64,000 nucleotides of DNA from Pedosphaera sp. (GCA_031414955.1 JANOQV010000308.1:1-64000), one strand, 5' to 3'. Counted from the first letter of the stretch, positions 29,161 to 39,299 are shown. Notes: generated by a model from the letters alone, not told the origin. Translations and numbers: made by a program.

Positions 29161-30177
29161 ATGGCACTGCTCATCACTCCAGGGCAACTGTCGGGCCGCT
29201 CCGAACTGTTCCATCAACTCGCCCAAGTCACCGCTTCCGGCCTCGGGCTGATCGGCGCGCTCGAAGTGCTCCGGCGCAATCCGCCCCGCCCCTCCTTGCG
29301 GGAACCCATGGCGAGACTGCTCGGCCAGTTGCAGGATGGCCAATCTTTCGGTGAAGCCCTCGAACGCTCCGGGCGCTGGCTGTCCGCCTTCGACATCGCG
29401 ATGTTGCAGGCCGGCGAGAAGAGCGGTCGCCTCCCCGATTGTTTCCGCGTCCTCTCCCGCTACTACAACCAGCAAGCGCAACTGGCCCGCAACGTCATCG
29501 GGGTCACGGCCTATCCGCTGCTCGTTTTCCACGTCGCGGTCTTAATTTTCCCCGTGACTGGCCTGACTGACCTCGTGCTCAAGGGCGCGGTGGTGCCGTT
29601 TGTTCTGCAAAAGCTCCTCGTGCTCGGGCCGCTCTACGGGCTGGCCATGTTCGCGGCCTTCGCCCTGCAATCCACCCAGGCCGAGTCGTGGCGCGCGTGG
29701 GTGGAGACGATTGCGGCCCGGGTTCCGATCCTGGGCCCGGCCCGTCGCAGCCTGGCCATTGCGCGACTGGCCTTGGCGCTGGAAGCACTGCTCAACGCGG
29801 GTGTGACGGTGATCGAAGCCTGGGAGATGGCCGCCGCCGCCAGCGGTTCGCCCGCCTTGCGCCGCGTGTTCATGCGCGCCAAGAGCGCCTTGCAAACCGG
29901 ACAGCAGCCTTCCGAGATGATCAGCAACAGCCGCGAGTTCCCGGCCACCTTCGCCTCGCTCTATCATGGGGGCGAGATTAGCGGCACGCTCGACGACGCG
30001 CTCCAGCGCAGCCACGCGCTCTTCGAGGAGGAAGGCTCGCGCAAGATGAAGCAATTCATCTTCGGGCTGGCCGGCTTGCTCGTGGCCGGGGTGATGTTCA
30101 TGGCGGCGTGGAACATCATCAAATTCTGGCTCGGCTATTTCCAACAGATCAGTGACGCCATTAACATGAACCAATGA
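29161..30177 (+). CDS. Type II secretion F / PilC-like platform protein
   Basis: Two T2SSF repeats (AGEKSGRL; GGEISGTLD), YP after the first repeat, TM segments. Confidence 0.88.
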   Translation: MALLITPGQLSGRSELFHQLAQVTASGLGLIGALEVLRRNPPRPSLREPMARLLGQLQDGQSFGEALERSGRWLSAFDIAMLQAGEKSGRLPDCFRVLSRYYNQQAQLARNVIGVTAYPLLVFHVAVLIFPVTGLTDLVLKGAVVPFVLQKLLVLGPLYGLAMFAAFALQSTQAESWRAWVETIAARVPILGPARRSLAIARLALALEALLNAGVTVIEAWEMAAAASGSPALRRVFMRAKSALQTGQQPSEMISNSREFPATFASLYHGGEISGTLDDALQRSHALFEEEGSRKMKQFIFGLAGLLVAGVMFMAAWNIIKFWLGYFQQISDAINMNQ

Positions 30178-31325
30178 CCATCGCGGAACTCCACTCCAAC
30201 GAAGAATTGCGCCGGCACGAATTTCCCGTGGCGGCGAACCGGATCTTTCTCGGCCACGCCGCCGTGTGCGCCCTGCCGCGCCGCGTCGCCGAAGCCATCG
30301 GCCATTACGCCCTCAACTGCACCCTGGGCGATCAGGAGGCGCTGGTGCCGTACTTCCAGATTCAGAAGTCGCGCGAGCTGGCCGCACGGCTCATCGGCGC
30401 GCAACCAGACGAGATCGCCTTCGTCGGCCCGACCACGCTCGGGCTCAGCTACGTGGCCAACGGCCTTCAGTTTCGCAAGGGCGACAACATCCTCATCTAC
30501 CACGATGACTATCCCTCGAATGTTTACCCGTGGATGGCGCTGACCGCGCGTGGCGTCGAGGTGCGCCTGATCAACGTCCGCGAACTGGGCAAAATTCGCG
30601 CCATCGACGTGCAGGGGCAGGTGGATGAGAACACGCGCCTCGTGGCCCTTGCCTCCTGTCATTTCGTGAGCGGCTGGCGCATCAACCTGCCCGCCATCGG
30701 AAAATATCTGCGCCAGCGCGGCATTCTTTTCTGCGTCGATGGCATCCAGACGGTCGGCGCGTTTCCGACCACGGTGGAGTTCATCGACTTCCTGGCCGCC
30801 GACGCCCACAAGTGGCTGCTCGGTCCCTGCGCGGCGGGAATTTTATACGTGCGCAAGGAAGTGCAGGAGCGGCTGCGTCCGACCGTGCTCGGCTGGAACA
30901 ACGTGCGCTGCCCAAACTATGTCGCCGAGGCGGAAATCGATTTTCGACCCGGCGCGCACCGCTACGAGGCGGGCAGCGACAATTTGCTCGGCCTCGTGGG
31001 CCTGCACGCCGCGATGGAGCTGATCCTCGGCGTAGGCGTGGAAAACATCGCCGCCGAGCTGCTGCGGCAACGCGCCTGGCTGGTGCCCGCCCTCGAACAG
31101 AAGGGCTACACCGTGCTGCATCCCGCCGCTCCACCGGAAAATGCCAGCGGCATCGTGACCTTCTTCCGTTCCGAGACAGACCTGACCGAACTGCACCAGA
31201 AGCTGGAGGCGCAGCGCATCACGACTTCACTGCGCGCGGATCGCACCGGACGGCAATACCTCCGACTCTCGCCGCACTTCTACAACACGGACGAGGAGCT
31301 GCGGCGGGTAGTGGAGTTGGTGTAG
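30174..31325 (+). CDS. PLP-dependent class V aminotransferase-fold enzyme
   Basis: YPSNVYPW, VDGIQTVG, PLP lysine in DAHKWLLGP, RLSPHFYN; ATGA overlap with the pilC-like gene. Confidence 0.9.
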   Translation: MTIAELHSNEELRRHEFPVAANRIFLGHAAVCALPRRVAEAIGHYALNCTLGDQEALVPYFQIQKSRELAARLIGAQPDEIAFVGPTTLGLSYVANGLQFRKGDNILIYHDDYPSNVYPWMALTARGVEVRLINVRELGKIRAIDVQGQVDENTRLVALASCHFVSGWRINLPAIGKYLRQRGILFCVDGIQTVGAFPTTVEFIDFLAADAHKWLLGPCAAGILYVRKEVQERLRPTVLGWNNVRCPNYVAEAEIDFRPGAHRYEAGSDNLLGLVGLHAAMELILGVGVENIAAELLRQRAWLVPALEQKGYTVLHPAAPPENASGIVTFFRSETDLTELHQKLEAQRITTSLRADRTGRQYLRLSPHFYNTDEELRRVVELV

Positions 31326-31514
31326 ATGGGACCGGACGGCCGCTACTTCCTGGTCGCCGATCCGTTCAGCGTAGCCGTCTGGACCCGCCAGCTCGGAGTA
31401 TCTTCCTGGCCCAACTCATTTTTCCGGCGGCGGGCGCGGCTTTGACTTCGCGCCGCTTTTGGCGTACCTAGAACGCAGCACTCTTTCGGCGAAACACCGC
31501 GCAGGCCCGGACTT

Positions 31515-34500
31515 GTGGTAAAACTCAAAGACTCCATCCGACTCTGGAGGTCGTGGCTCTTCACGGCCCTGCTTTTCTGCGCCGCCAGCAGCTCGGCCGC
31601 GGATTTGTGGATCAACGAAGTTTTATTCAACCCGCCCGGCACCGACGGGCCAAACGAATACATTGAGCTGCGCGGCACGCCCAATCTGATCCTCACCAAT
31701 GGCACTTACTTTGTGGCGGTGGAGGGTGACACCAACGGAAATCCCGGCACGGTGCAAAATGTCTTCGACCTGGCCGGCCTGCAATTGAGCGGCAGCGGCT
31801 TTCTCGTGCTGCTCCAACACTCCAACCTCTACGCTTGGCACACCAACGCCACCGCGCTGGTCAATACCAACGACGATGGCTTCGGCGAGAGCCCGACCAG
31901 CACGGTGCGGCACCAAGGAGAGAACGATCAGGAGGATTTGGAGAACGGCTCGGTCACGTTCTTCGTCATCCAGAGCACCAACTATCCCGCCCTCGGCGTG
32001 GACCTCGACGCCAACAACGACGGCGTGCTGGACGGGGCGCTGTACGCGAGTTGGACGGTGCTTGATTCGGTGGCGATTCTGGACACCGACGGCTTGGGCG
32101 ACATCGGCTACGGCAAGATTAACTTTCGCCGCAGCACCGCGCCAGGCAACGGGGCCACCGTCGCGAGCGGCACCATCGTGCCAGTGGGTTTCAATCCGAA
32201 TTACGTGGCCCGCAGCGGCAACACGACCAACTGGGCCGCCGCGTCCTGGGTGGCGGCGGGCTTGGTGGGCACGGCTCCAAACTGGACGACGGACAGCGCG
32301 GCCAACACCGAGCCGTCCAGCCTGGCCAACCGCGCTTTGAACCACCTGGGCGCACCCAACTTCGGCGCGGCGGTCGTGCCGGGCGTGGTCGCGCGGGATT
32401 CAGGCAGCGGCACGGACTTGATCGAAGGTGGCCCGGGCACGGATTCCTACACGCTCGTGTTGACCACCAACACCGGCGGCAACGTGACTATCCAGATTAA
32501 CGCCGGCACTCAGTTGCAAGTCAGCATCGACGGTGGACTGAGCTTCGCGACCACGCGCGCCATCGTGCTCTCGAACACCGCGCCCTCGACGAACATCCTG
32601 GTCCGCGCGCTGGACGACAACGTGGTCGATGCTTCGCCGCACCTTGCGCTCATCACGCACTCCATCACGGCCACGCTCAATCCAACCCAGTATCCGCTGA
32701 CCTCGCTCATGCCGCGGGTCCGCGCGCGGGTGACGGAGAACGACACGCTGCTACTCAGTGAATTGAAAGTGAATCCGCCGGGACCAGATGATGCGCCGAC
32801 GGAATTCATCGAGCTGCGCGGCCCGCCCCATGCCGATCTGACCAATGTTTATCTGCTGGTCATCGAAGGAGATAACGAACTTTTCCCCGGCACAGCCAAC
32901 GCCGTGATCGACCTCGCGGGCGCGCGACTCGGCTCGGCTGGATTGCTGCTCCTCCTCGCCGACGGCCATCCCTACAGCGTGCCCGGCGGGGCGGGCGTGT
33001 TTCTCGCCGCCCAGCTCGGCAATGTCGGCGGCGCGCTGGGCAACGGCAGCATCAGCTTCCTGCTGGTGAGCAGTCTTACGCCCATCATCGAGGGAGTGGA
33101 TTTGGATGGTGGCGACAATGGCATCCTCGAAGGATTGCCGGCCGGAGTCACCCTGCTCGATTCTGTGGGCTGGCTGGACGGCGACAACGGCGACGTGGCT
33201 TACAGCCCGGCCCTGCTCACGCAACTCTCCGGCACACCTGACGCCGCGACCCGCTTCCCCGGCAACACGAATGCGCACTCTGCCGCCGCCTGGGTGAACG
33301 GCAATCTGGCGGGCAACGATCCCAATTCACTGACCTACGAGTCGAGCGGCGGCAGCACCAATCTCACGACCGGCACGCTGCTCACGCCGGGCACCGCAAA
33401 CAACACCGCGCCAGCCATCCTTGGGCCGACCGCCTTCTCCGGCGTCATCGGCGACCCGACCACGCCGCTGATCCCATTTCAAATTTCCGACGCACAGACG
33501 CCGGCTGGTTCGCTCACGGTGAGCGTGACCAGCAGTGACCAGTCCATCGTGCCGGACGCCAATCTCATTCTGGGCGGTAGCGGGACCGCGCGCACCCTGG
33601 CCATCAATCCCGTGGGCGTGGGCTACGCCACGCTCACCCTGACGGTGAGCGACGGCAGCCTGAACGGCCAGAGACTGATCGCCTTTGCGGCCTCGGCGGA
33701 TGGGCGTGGCGGCGGACGTTTTCACACCGGCGTGAGCGACGCTTCGAGCGCGCTGGCCCTGGATGCGAATTACATGCTGGTGGGTGACGATGAGAACCAG
33801 GTGCTGCGCATTTTCAGCCGCAGCAATTCCGGGCCGGCCCTGGTGAAGTTCGATCTGAATCCGTTCCTCGGCCTGGAAGATTTCTATGACAACGGTAAGC
33901 CGCGCGAGATCGACCTGGAAGGCTCCACCCGTGTGGGCAACCGCCTTTACTGGCTCGGTTCGCACTCGCACTCGCGCGATGCCGAGGTGCGCACCAATCG
34001 TGCGCGTGTGTTCGCCACCGACATCTCCGGCAGCGGCACGAACCTCGCCCTGAACTACCTCGGGCACTACGGATACCTGAAGCTCGATCTGATGAACTGG
34101 GACGCGACCAACGGCCACGGCCAGGGCAGCAATTATTACGGTCTCGTGGCGAGCGCCGATCCCGGCAAGGATCCCAAATCGCTGGATGGCTCCGGCTTCA
34201 ACATCGAAGGACTGGCCATGGCCCCGGGCAGCACCAACACCGCTTACATCTGCTTCCGCGCGCCGCTCATCCCGACGACCAATCGGGTCAAGGCGCTGCT
34301 CGTGCCCGTGACCAACTTCGCCGCCGTGGCCACGAGCAGCGCGACCAATCCGGGACTGGCAAAATTCGGCGCACCGATGGAACTGAACCTGGGCGGACGC
34401 GGCTTCCGCAGCGTGGAAGGCGGCAGCAACGGCTACCTCATCGTGGCCGGACCACCGGGCTTGGCCAGCGGCGTCACGCCGAGCGACTTTCGGATCTTCA

Positions 34501-34961
34501 CCTGGAACGGCTTCGCCACCAACACGCCGCAGGAGCGCGCCGCCGCGCTCACCAACATGATCCCCGAGGGCATCGTGGAGTTGCCGCCCGGCCCGTGGAC
34601 GAGCAACTCGACCGTCCAAATCATCTCCGACAACGGCATCACGGTTTTCTACAACGACCTGATCGAAGCCAAGCAGCTCACCACGCCGGAATTCAAAAAA
34701 TTTCGCAGCGACTGGGTGACGCTGGGACCGGCGGTGATCACCCGGCCGGTGATCAAATCTTTCCTACGCGCCGGCCCCAATTGCGCGCTCCAGTGGTACT
34801 CCGTGGCGGGAACCACCTACCGCGTGCAGTGGAAGCTCGCGCTGCCCGATGCGCTCTGGCGCGACCTGCCAGGCGACGTGACCGCGAGCGATGCGGTGGC
34901 CGCCAAGCTGGTCTCGGTGACCGGCATCACGCAGCGATTTTTTCGCGTGGTCGTACCGTAA
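31515..34961 (+). CDS. Large secreted protein: two lamin-tail-like domains, Ig/cadherin-like modules, DUF3616-like domain and C-terminal ...RFFRV domain
   Basis: Signal peptide; INEVLFNPPG.D..NEYIELRG and LSELKVNPPG.D...EFIELRG; DANNDG.LD Ca-loop; GDDENQ, DLEG, GSHS, FNIEGL motifs. Confidence 0.8.
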   Translation: MVKLKDSIRLWRSWLFTALLFCAASSSAADLWINEVLFNPPGTDGPNEYIELRGTPNLILTNGTYFVAVEGDTNGNPGTVQNVFDLAGLQLSGSGFLVLLQHSNLYAWHTNATALVNTNDDGFGESPTSTVRHQGENDQEDLENGSVTFFVIQSTNYPALGVDLDANNDGVLDGALYASWTVLDSVAILDTDGLGDIGYGKINFRRSTAPGNGATVASGTIVPVGFNPNYVARSGNTTNWAAASWVAAGLVGTAPNWTTDSAANTEPSSLANRALNHLGAPNFGAAVVPGVVARDSGSGTDLIEGGPGTDSYTLVLTTNTGGNVTIQINAGTQLQVSIDGGLSFATTRAIVLSNTAPSTNILVRALDDNVVDASPHLALITHSITATLNPTQYPLTSLMPRVRARVTENDTLLLSELKVNPPGPDDAPTEFIELRGPPHADLTNVYLLVIEGDNELFPGTANAVIDLAGARLGSAGLLLLLADGHPYSVPGGAGVFLAAQLGNVGGALGNGSISFLLVSSLTPIIEGVDLDGGDNGILEGLPAGVTLLDSVGWLDGDNGDVAYSPALLTQLSGTPDAATRFPGNTNAHSAAAWVNGNLAGNDPNSLTYESSGGSTNLTTGTLLTPGTANNTAPAILGPTAFSGVIGDPTTPLIPFQISDAQTPAGSLTVSVTSSDQSIVPDANLILGGSGTARTLAINPVGVGYATLTLTVSDGSLNGQRLIAFAASADGRGGGRFHTGVSDASSALALDANYMLVGDDENQVLRIFSRSNSGPALVKFDLNPFLGLEDFYDNGKPREIDLEGSTRVGNRLYWLGSHSHSRDAEVRTNRARVFATDISGSGTNLALNYLGHYGYLKLDLMNWDATNGHGQGSNYYGLVASADPGKDPKSLDGSGFNIEGLAMAPGSTNTAYICFRAPLIPTTNRVKALLVPVTNFAAVATSSATNPGLAKFGAPMELNLGGRGFRSVEGGSNGYLIVAGPPGLASGVTPSDFRIFTWNGFATNTPQERAAALTNMIPEGIVELPPGPWTSNSTVQIISDNGITVFYNDLIEAKQLTTPEFKKFRSDWVTLGPAVITRPVIKSFLRAGPNCALQWYSVAGTTYRVQWKLALPDALWRDLPGDVTASDAVAAKLVSVTGITQRFFRVVVP

Positions 34962-35025
34962 GTTTGATTCCCGGGGCGCGTTTCCTCTTTTACCTCCACC
35001 CTTCGCTTCGCCTAGCTTCACGCCC

Positions 35026-36012
35026 GTGGACAACGAACTGCCGCGCGTCACCATCATCGTCCCGACCAAGCCCGGCCAGACGGAGATCAAATCCGTCGAG
35101 GCCGCCCGACGTCTGGATTACCCGAAGGACAAACTGGAGATCCTCGTCGCGCGGGGCCGGCAGCCGGCCATCCAGCGGAACCGTGCCCTACGCGAGGCCA
35201 CTGGCGACATCATCTACTTCCTCGATGACGACTCGCAGCCCGCGCCCGACGCTTTGCGCCGCGCGGTGGAACACTTCCGCGATCCCCAGGTTCAAATGGT
35301 TGGCGGACCGAACGTATGCCCGCCCGAGGCCCCGTTCCTGGAGCAAGTCTTCGCCGTGGGCCTCGCCAGTTGGATTGCCTTCGGCCCGAGCCGCGCGCGT
35401 TACGACCAGGTCGGAGCGGTGCGCTCCAGCAGCGAGAAGGAGTTGATCCTCTGCAACCTGCTGGCGCGGCGCACGACCACGCTGGAACTTGGCGGCTTCG
35501 ACGAGGCGCTTTATCCGAACGAGGAAAACGCGCTCATGGATGCGTTGCAGAAGCGCGGCGGCAAGCTGATTTACGATCCCGACGTCGTGGCCATGCGCCG
35601 CCCGCGCCCGACGCTTCAGGCGTTCTGCAAAATGCTCCTGACCTACGGCCGCGGCCGGGCCGAACAGTTCCGCCTGCATCCGACGCCCGGCTCGGTCATG
35701 AATTTCGTGCCGCCGCTGTTTGTGCTCTACCTGGCATTGCAATTGATTCTGCTTAATTTCACCACTTACTTCGAGCGCCCTGCCCTCTTCCTGCTCCTCA
35801 TGGCACCGGCGCTGGCCTACTGGCCGGCCTTGTTGCTTCAGACCCTGGCTTCAATGCCTCGGTTTGGAGTAGGGCGCAGCATCGCCGCCTTCCCCCTCCT
35901 CTTCACCACTCACGTCCTCTACGGTCTCGGTTTCTGGCGCGGATTGTTCACCCGCGCGGATCGTTCCCAACCCGTCAGGACGGAAGTGGGGATCGAACGC
36001 ATGACGCCCTAA
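35026..36012 (+). CDS. Glycosyltransferase family 2 with C-terminal TM helices
   Basis: VTIIVP, RN.AL..ATGDIIYFLDDD, GGFDE....NEE. Confidence 0.9.
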   Translation: MDNELPRVTIIVPTKPGQTEIKSVEAARRLDYPKDKLEILVARGRQPAIQRNRALREATGDIIYFLDDDSQPAPDALRRAVEHFRDPQVQMVGGPNVCPPEAPFLEQVFAVGLASWIAFGPSRARYDQVGAVRSSSEKELILCNLLARRTTTLELGGFDEALYPNEENALMDALQKRGGKLIYDPDVVAMRRPRPTLQAFCKMLLTYGRGRAEQFRLHPTPGSVMNFVPPLFVLYLALQLILLNFTTYFERPALFLLLMAPALAYWPALLLQTLASMPRFGVGRSIAAFPLLFTTHVLYGLGFWRGLFTRADRSQPVRTEVGIERMTP

Positions 36013-36115
36013 CGTGTCGACCAACTTGGGGAGGAGGCTGGCAGTTCGCGCCCGCCCCGCTTCGGCGCTGGCTTGCCACTGGGGCAAGTCGATGTTTTAG
36101 TCGCCCCTCAATCGC

Positions 36116-37027
36116 ATGAAAAATTCTGTGAAAACTTTGCTCGTCAGTCTGGCCTTGCCGCTCGCACTGTCCGTGGGCATCGGTCCGCTGCGCGCCGCAG
36201 AGGCACCGCCCAAGCCCACGGCCGCTCCTCCTGGGGCCAATGCCGCTCCTACCCAAATCAGCCCGGTGCTCAAGCAACTCCGGACGCTCATCGACAAGAT
36301 CAACAGCAAGCTCACCGCCGGGGTGCGCACTCAGGAAGAACTGGCCGGGGAATTCAAGGAGTTCGACGTGCTGCTCGCCACGCACCAGCAGGAGAAGACC
36401 GAGGACGTGGCACAGATTGCCTGGATGAAGGCCATGCTGTACCTGCAAGTCTTTCAAGACATGCCCAAGGGCAAGGCGGTGTTGAAGGGCATCGCGACTG
36501 ATTTTCCTGCGACCAAGATTGCCGCACAGGTGCCGCCAATCCTGGCCAACATCGAGCGCGTCGAGGCCAAGCAAGAAGCCTCGCGCAAGGCCCTGGAAGC
36601 GATGATGCCGGGGAAACCATTTCCAGATTTCAATGAAAAGGATATCTACGGACAGCCGCTCTCCATCGCCAAATACAAGGGCCAGGTGGTGCTGGTGGAT
36701 TTCTGGGCCACCTGGTGCGGACCATGCATGATGGAATTGCCCAACGTGCTTTCGACCTATGCCAAGTATCGCAGCAAAGGCTTCGACATCCTGGGCATCA
36801 GCCTCGACAAGGATGTCGGAGCACTGAAGGACTTCATCAAGCAGAAGCAGATGCCTTGGGCGCAGTATTGTGACGGCCAGGTCTGGGAAAGCAAAATGGC
36901 CTTGAATTACGGAGTGATGGGCATTCCCGCGACCTACCTGCTCGATGGGCAGGGCAAGATCATCGGCAAGGACTTGCGCGGCCCCGCCCTCGAAGCCGCC
37001 GTGGCCGAAGCGCTGGCGAAGAAGTAA
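36116..37027 (+). CDS. TlpA family thiol-disulfide oxidoreductase, exported
   Basis: Signal peptide, LVDFWATWCGPC, GISLD, GIPATYLLD. Confidence 0.92.
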   Translation: MKNSVKTLLVSLALPLALSVGIGPLRAAEAPPKPTAAPPGANAAPTQISPVLKQLRTLIDKINSKLTAGVRTQEELAGEFKEFDVLLATHQQEKTEDVAQIAWMKAMLYLQVFQDMPKGKAVLKGIATDFPATKIAAQVPPILANIERVEAKQEASRKALEAMMPGKPFPDFNEKDIYGQPLSIAKYKGQVVLVDFWATWCGPCMMELPNVLSTYAKYRSKGFDILGISLDKDVGALKDFIKQKQMPWAQYCDGQVWESKMALNYGVMGIPATYLLDGQGKIIGKDLRGPALEAAVAEALAKK

Positions 37028-37038
37028 CGGGACCCTCA

Positions 37039-37213
37039 GAGCCTGTCTGAAAATCAGGCGGACGGAGCGCGCCCGTCTCGGGCGCAGAAGCTTGAAAAGG
37101 TGGAAGGCGCTGCAAAAATCCACGCCGGCCTCAGTTCGTGCGTCGCTGCGCCCGGGACGAGCGCACTCCGGCCGGGTCTGGTGCCACCGGATTCTGGATT
37201 TTCAGACCAGCTC
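37039..37213. mobile_element. 175-bp MITE-like element with 17-bp TIRs, TCA direct flanks and an internal REP pair
   Basis: TIRs GAGCCTGTCTGAAAATC vs GAGCTGGTCTGAAAATC (15/17). TCA at 37036-38 and 37214-16. Inner pair CGGAGCGCGCCCGTCTCGGGCGCAG / CTGCGCCCGGGACGAGCGCACTCCG. Confidence 0.7.
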
Positions 37214-37269
37214 TCAGCGAATATGTCCCCAGTGCCGATGCGGTTTGGCACTGCGGCTCATGCGGGGGG

Positions 37270-37433
37270 CAAGGAGCGACTTGGTTTCAGGATTCCGATC
37301 CGAACCGCTTCCAGACTGAGCACCGCTGTCCCCCCTTCTATAACTAGGCTTGGGCCAGAATTTGGACGTGATCCCCGGAGCAAAGATCCGGCGCAGGTCG
37401 AAACCGGCCGTGCACAGAATCCGAACCTCCCTG
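37270..37433 (-). ncRNA. Candidate structured non-coding RNA (unassigned)
   Basis: The ends pair as a long interrupted stem, and several mismatches resolve as G-U pairs only on the minus strand. No convincing ORF. Confidence 0.35.
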
Positions 37434-37464
37434 GATGGCAACTGACTCGGACGAGGTCTCAGTC

Positions 37465-39060
37465 TCACTCCATACTGCGGCGCACCAGGCTGTCGCGCTG
37501 CGCCCAGGCGGGGTCGGCATTCGGGAAATCCAGACTGTAGTGCAACCCCCGGCTCTCCGGACGTTGCAGGGCGCACTCCACGATCAGTTGCGCCACCGTC
37601 GCGATGTTCCGCAGTTCGAGCAGATCGCTCGTGACGTTGAAGTCCCAGTAGTACTCCTGAATCTCGGACTGAAGATTGGCCAGCCGGGCGCTGGCCCGTT
37701 GGAGCCGCTTGGTCGTGCGGACAATGCCGACATAATCCCACATGAGCCGGCGAATCTCGTCCCAATTATGGGACACGACCACCAGTTCGTCGGCATTGTG
37801 CGCCCGCCCTGATTGCCAGGGCGGGAGATCCGCTTCAATGGGCGTGCGTGGGCGTTGCAGAAGTTTCGCGGCCGCGCGGTGGGCGCAGACCAGCGCCTCG
37901 AGGAGTGAATTACTGGCCAGGCGGTTCGCTCCGTGCAGACCGGTGCAGGCCACTTCGCCCACCGCGTAAAGGTTTTCAATCCCAGTCTCGCCCTCGAGGT
38001 TCGTGACCACGCCGCCGCATTGGTAATGCGCGGCGGGCACCACCGGAATGGCCTCCTTGGTGATGTCGATACCGAGGGCCAAACAGGTCTTGTAGATGTT
38101 CGGAAAACGGTCGATGAGGAAGCGGGCCGGCTTGTGCGTGATGTCGAGCAGCACGCAATCCGCGCCGCTGCGCTTCATCTCGCTGTCGATGGCCCGGGCC
38201 ACGATGTCGCGCGGGGCGAGGGATTTCAACTCATGGTGTTTGTCCATGAACTCCACGCCCTGGATCGTCTTCAAGATGCCCCCTTCACCCCGCACGGCCT
38301 CGGTGATGAGGAAAGACTTGGCCTTGGGATGGTAGAGGCAGGTCGGATGGAACTGCATAAACTCCATGTCCGAGATGGCCGCCCCCGCACGATAGGCCAT
38401 GGCCACGCCATCGCCGGTCGCAATGTCGGGATTGGTCGTGTAGAGGTAAACCTTGCCGCAACCACCGGTGGCCAGCAGCACCACGGACGCGGCGAAGGTC
38501 TCCACCGCGCCGGTCTGGTTGTCGAGCACGTACACGCCCAGACAGCGATTCACGCCCGACTGGCCGAGCTTTTTCGTGGTCAGCAGATCGATGGCAAAAT
38601 GATTCTCGAAGACTTGGATGTTCGGCTGCGCCGCCACGGCGGCGAGGAGGGCGCGTTCGATTTCGCGTCCGGTCACATCCTTGGCGTGAAGGATGCGACG
38701 CTTGGAGTGCCCGCCCTCCTTGCCCAGATCGAGTTCGCGATGACCGGCCACTTCGCGCTCGGAGAACTTCATGCCCAAGTCGATGAGTTCCTGCACGCAA
38801 GCCGGCCCCTCCTCGATGATGGTGCGAACGACCCGCTCGTGACACAACCCGGCCCCGGCCACGAGGGTGTCGCGGACGTGCATCTCTACCGAGTCCTCCT
38901 TGCTGGTGACGGCGGCAATACCGCCCTGGGCGTAGTTGGTGTTGGATTCGGCGCGATGTTTCTTGGTGACGATGGCCACGCGCCCGCGCGGCGCGACCTT
39001 GAGCGCGAAGGATAGCCCGGCAATGCCGCTGCCCAGAACGATGTAGTCGAATTGTTTCAT
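37465..39060 (-). CDS. nadB: L-aspartate oxidase
   Basis: GSGIAGL, YAQGGIA, EGGHSKRRILH, QFHPT, TEAVRGEG, LAPRDIVAR, HGANRLASNSLLE, ESRGLHY. Confidence 0.98.
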   Translation of the reverse strand: MKQFDYIVLGSGIAGLSFALKVAPRGRVAIVTKKHRAESNTNYAQGGIAAVTSKEDSVEMHVRDTLVAGAGLCHERVVRTIIEEGPACVQELIDLGMKFSEREVAGHRELDLGKEGGHSKRRILHAKDVTGREIERALLAAVAAQPNIQVFENHFAIDLLTTKKLGQSGVNRCLGVYVLDNQTGAVETFAASVVLLATGGCGKVYLYTTNPDIATGDGVAMAYRAGAAISDMEFMQFHPTCLYHPKAKSFLITEAVRGEGGILKTIQGVEFMDKHHELKSLAPRDIVARAIDSEMKRSGADCVLLDITHKPARFLIDRFPNIYKTCLALGIDITKEAIPVVPAAHYQCGGVVTNLEGETGIENLYAVGEVACTGLHGANRLASNSLLEALVCAHRAAAKLLQRPRTPIEADLPPWQSGRAHNADELVVVSHNWDEIRRLMWDYVGIVRTTKRLQRASARLANLQSEIQEYYWDFNVTSDLLELRNIATVAQLIVECALQRPESRGLHYSLDFPNADPAWAQRDSLVRRSME

Positions 39061-39246
39061 GCGTGACCCCGTGGCCCGGGGAACTGGCGGACACAACACG
39101 TCAGATTGGCGGGCGAATGGCAAGTCGCATCATGGCAGCCGCATCATGGCGGTTGGGCAGAGAACTGTTGTGATCCGCCGCGCGCGGGTCCGGCATTTCG
39201 GAATCGCCATCGTAGGGCGACGGGCCAAGGCGCGGGAACAGACCAG

Positions 39247-39275
39247 AAAAAAGCCCACGCGCCGGGCGCGTGGGC
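39247..39275 (-). terminator. Intrinsic terminator after the Gfo/Idh/MocA gene
   Basis: 10-bp stem GCCCACGCGC/GCGCGTGGGC followed by T6 on the minus strand. Confidence 0.8.
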
Positions 39276-39299
39276 AGGTCGCAATGGATGCTGAACAAA

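Noticed and set aside
27299..29167. 622-aa fusion ORF
   Set aside because: Only the last 282 aa (from the ATG at 28147) match the MBL fold. The rest is antisense to trxA and the 28278 gene.
30174..31325. Cysteine desulfurase (sufS/iscS) call
   Set aside because: The catalytic Cys loop (RxGxHC or SGSAC) is not present; the region reads TTSLRAD. Left as a generic class V enzyme.
37270..37433. Firm 6S RNA, RNase P, tmRNA or SRP assignment
   Set aside because: Hallmark motifs and the typical central bubble or gene context were not recognisable by eye. Kept only as an unassigned candidate.
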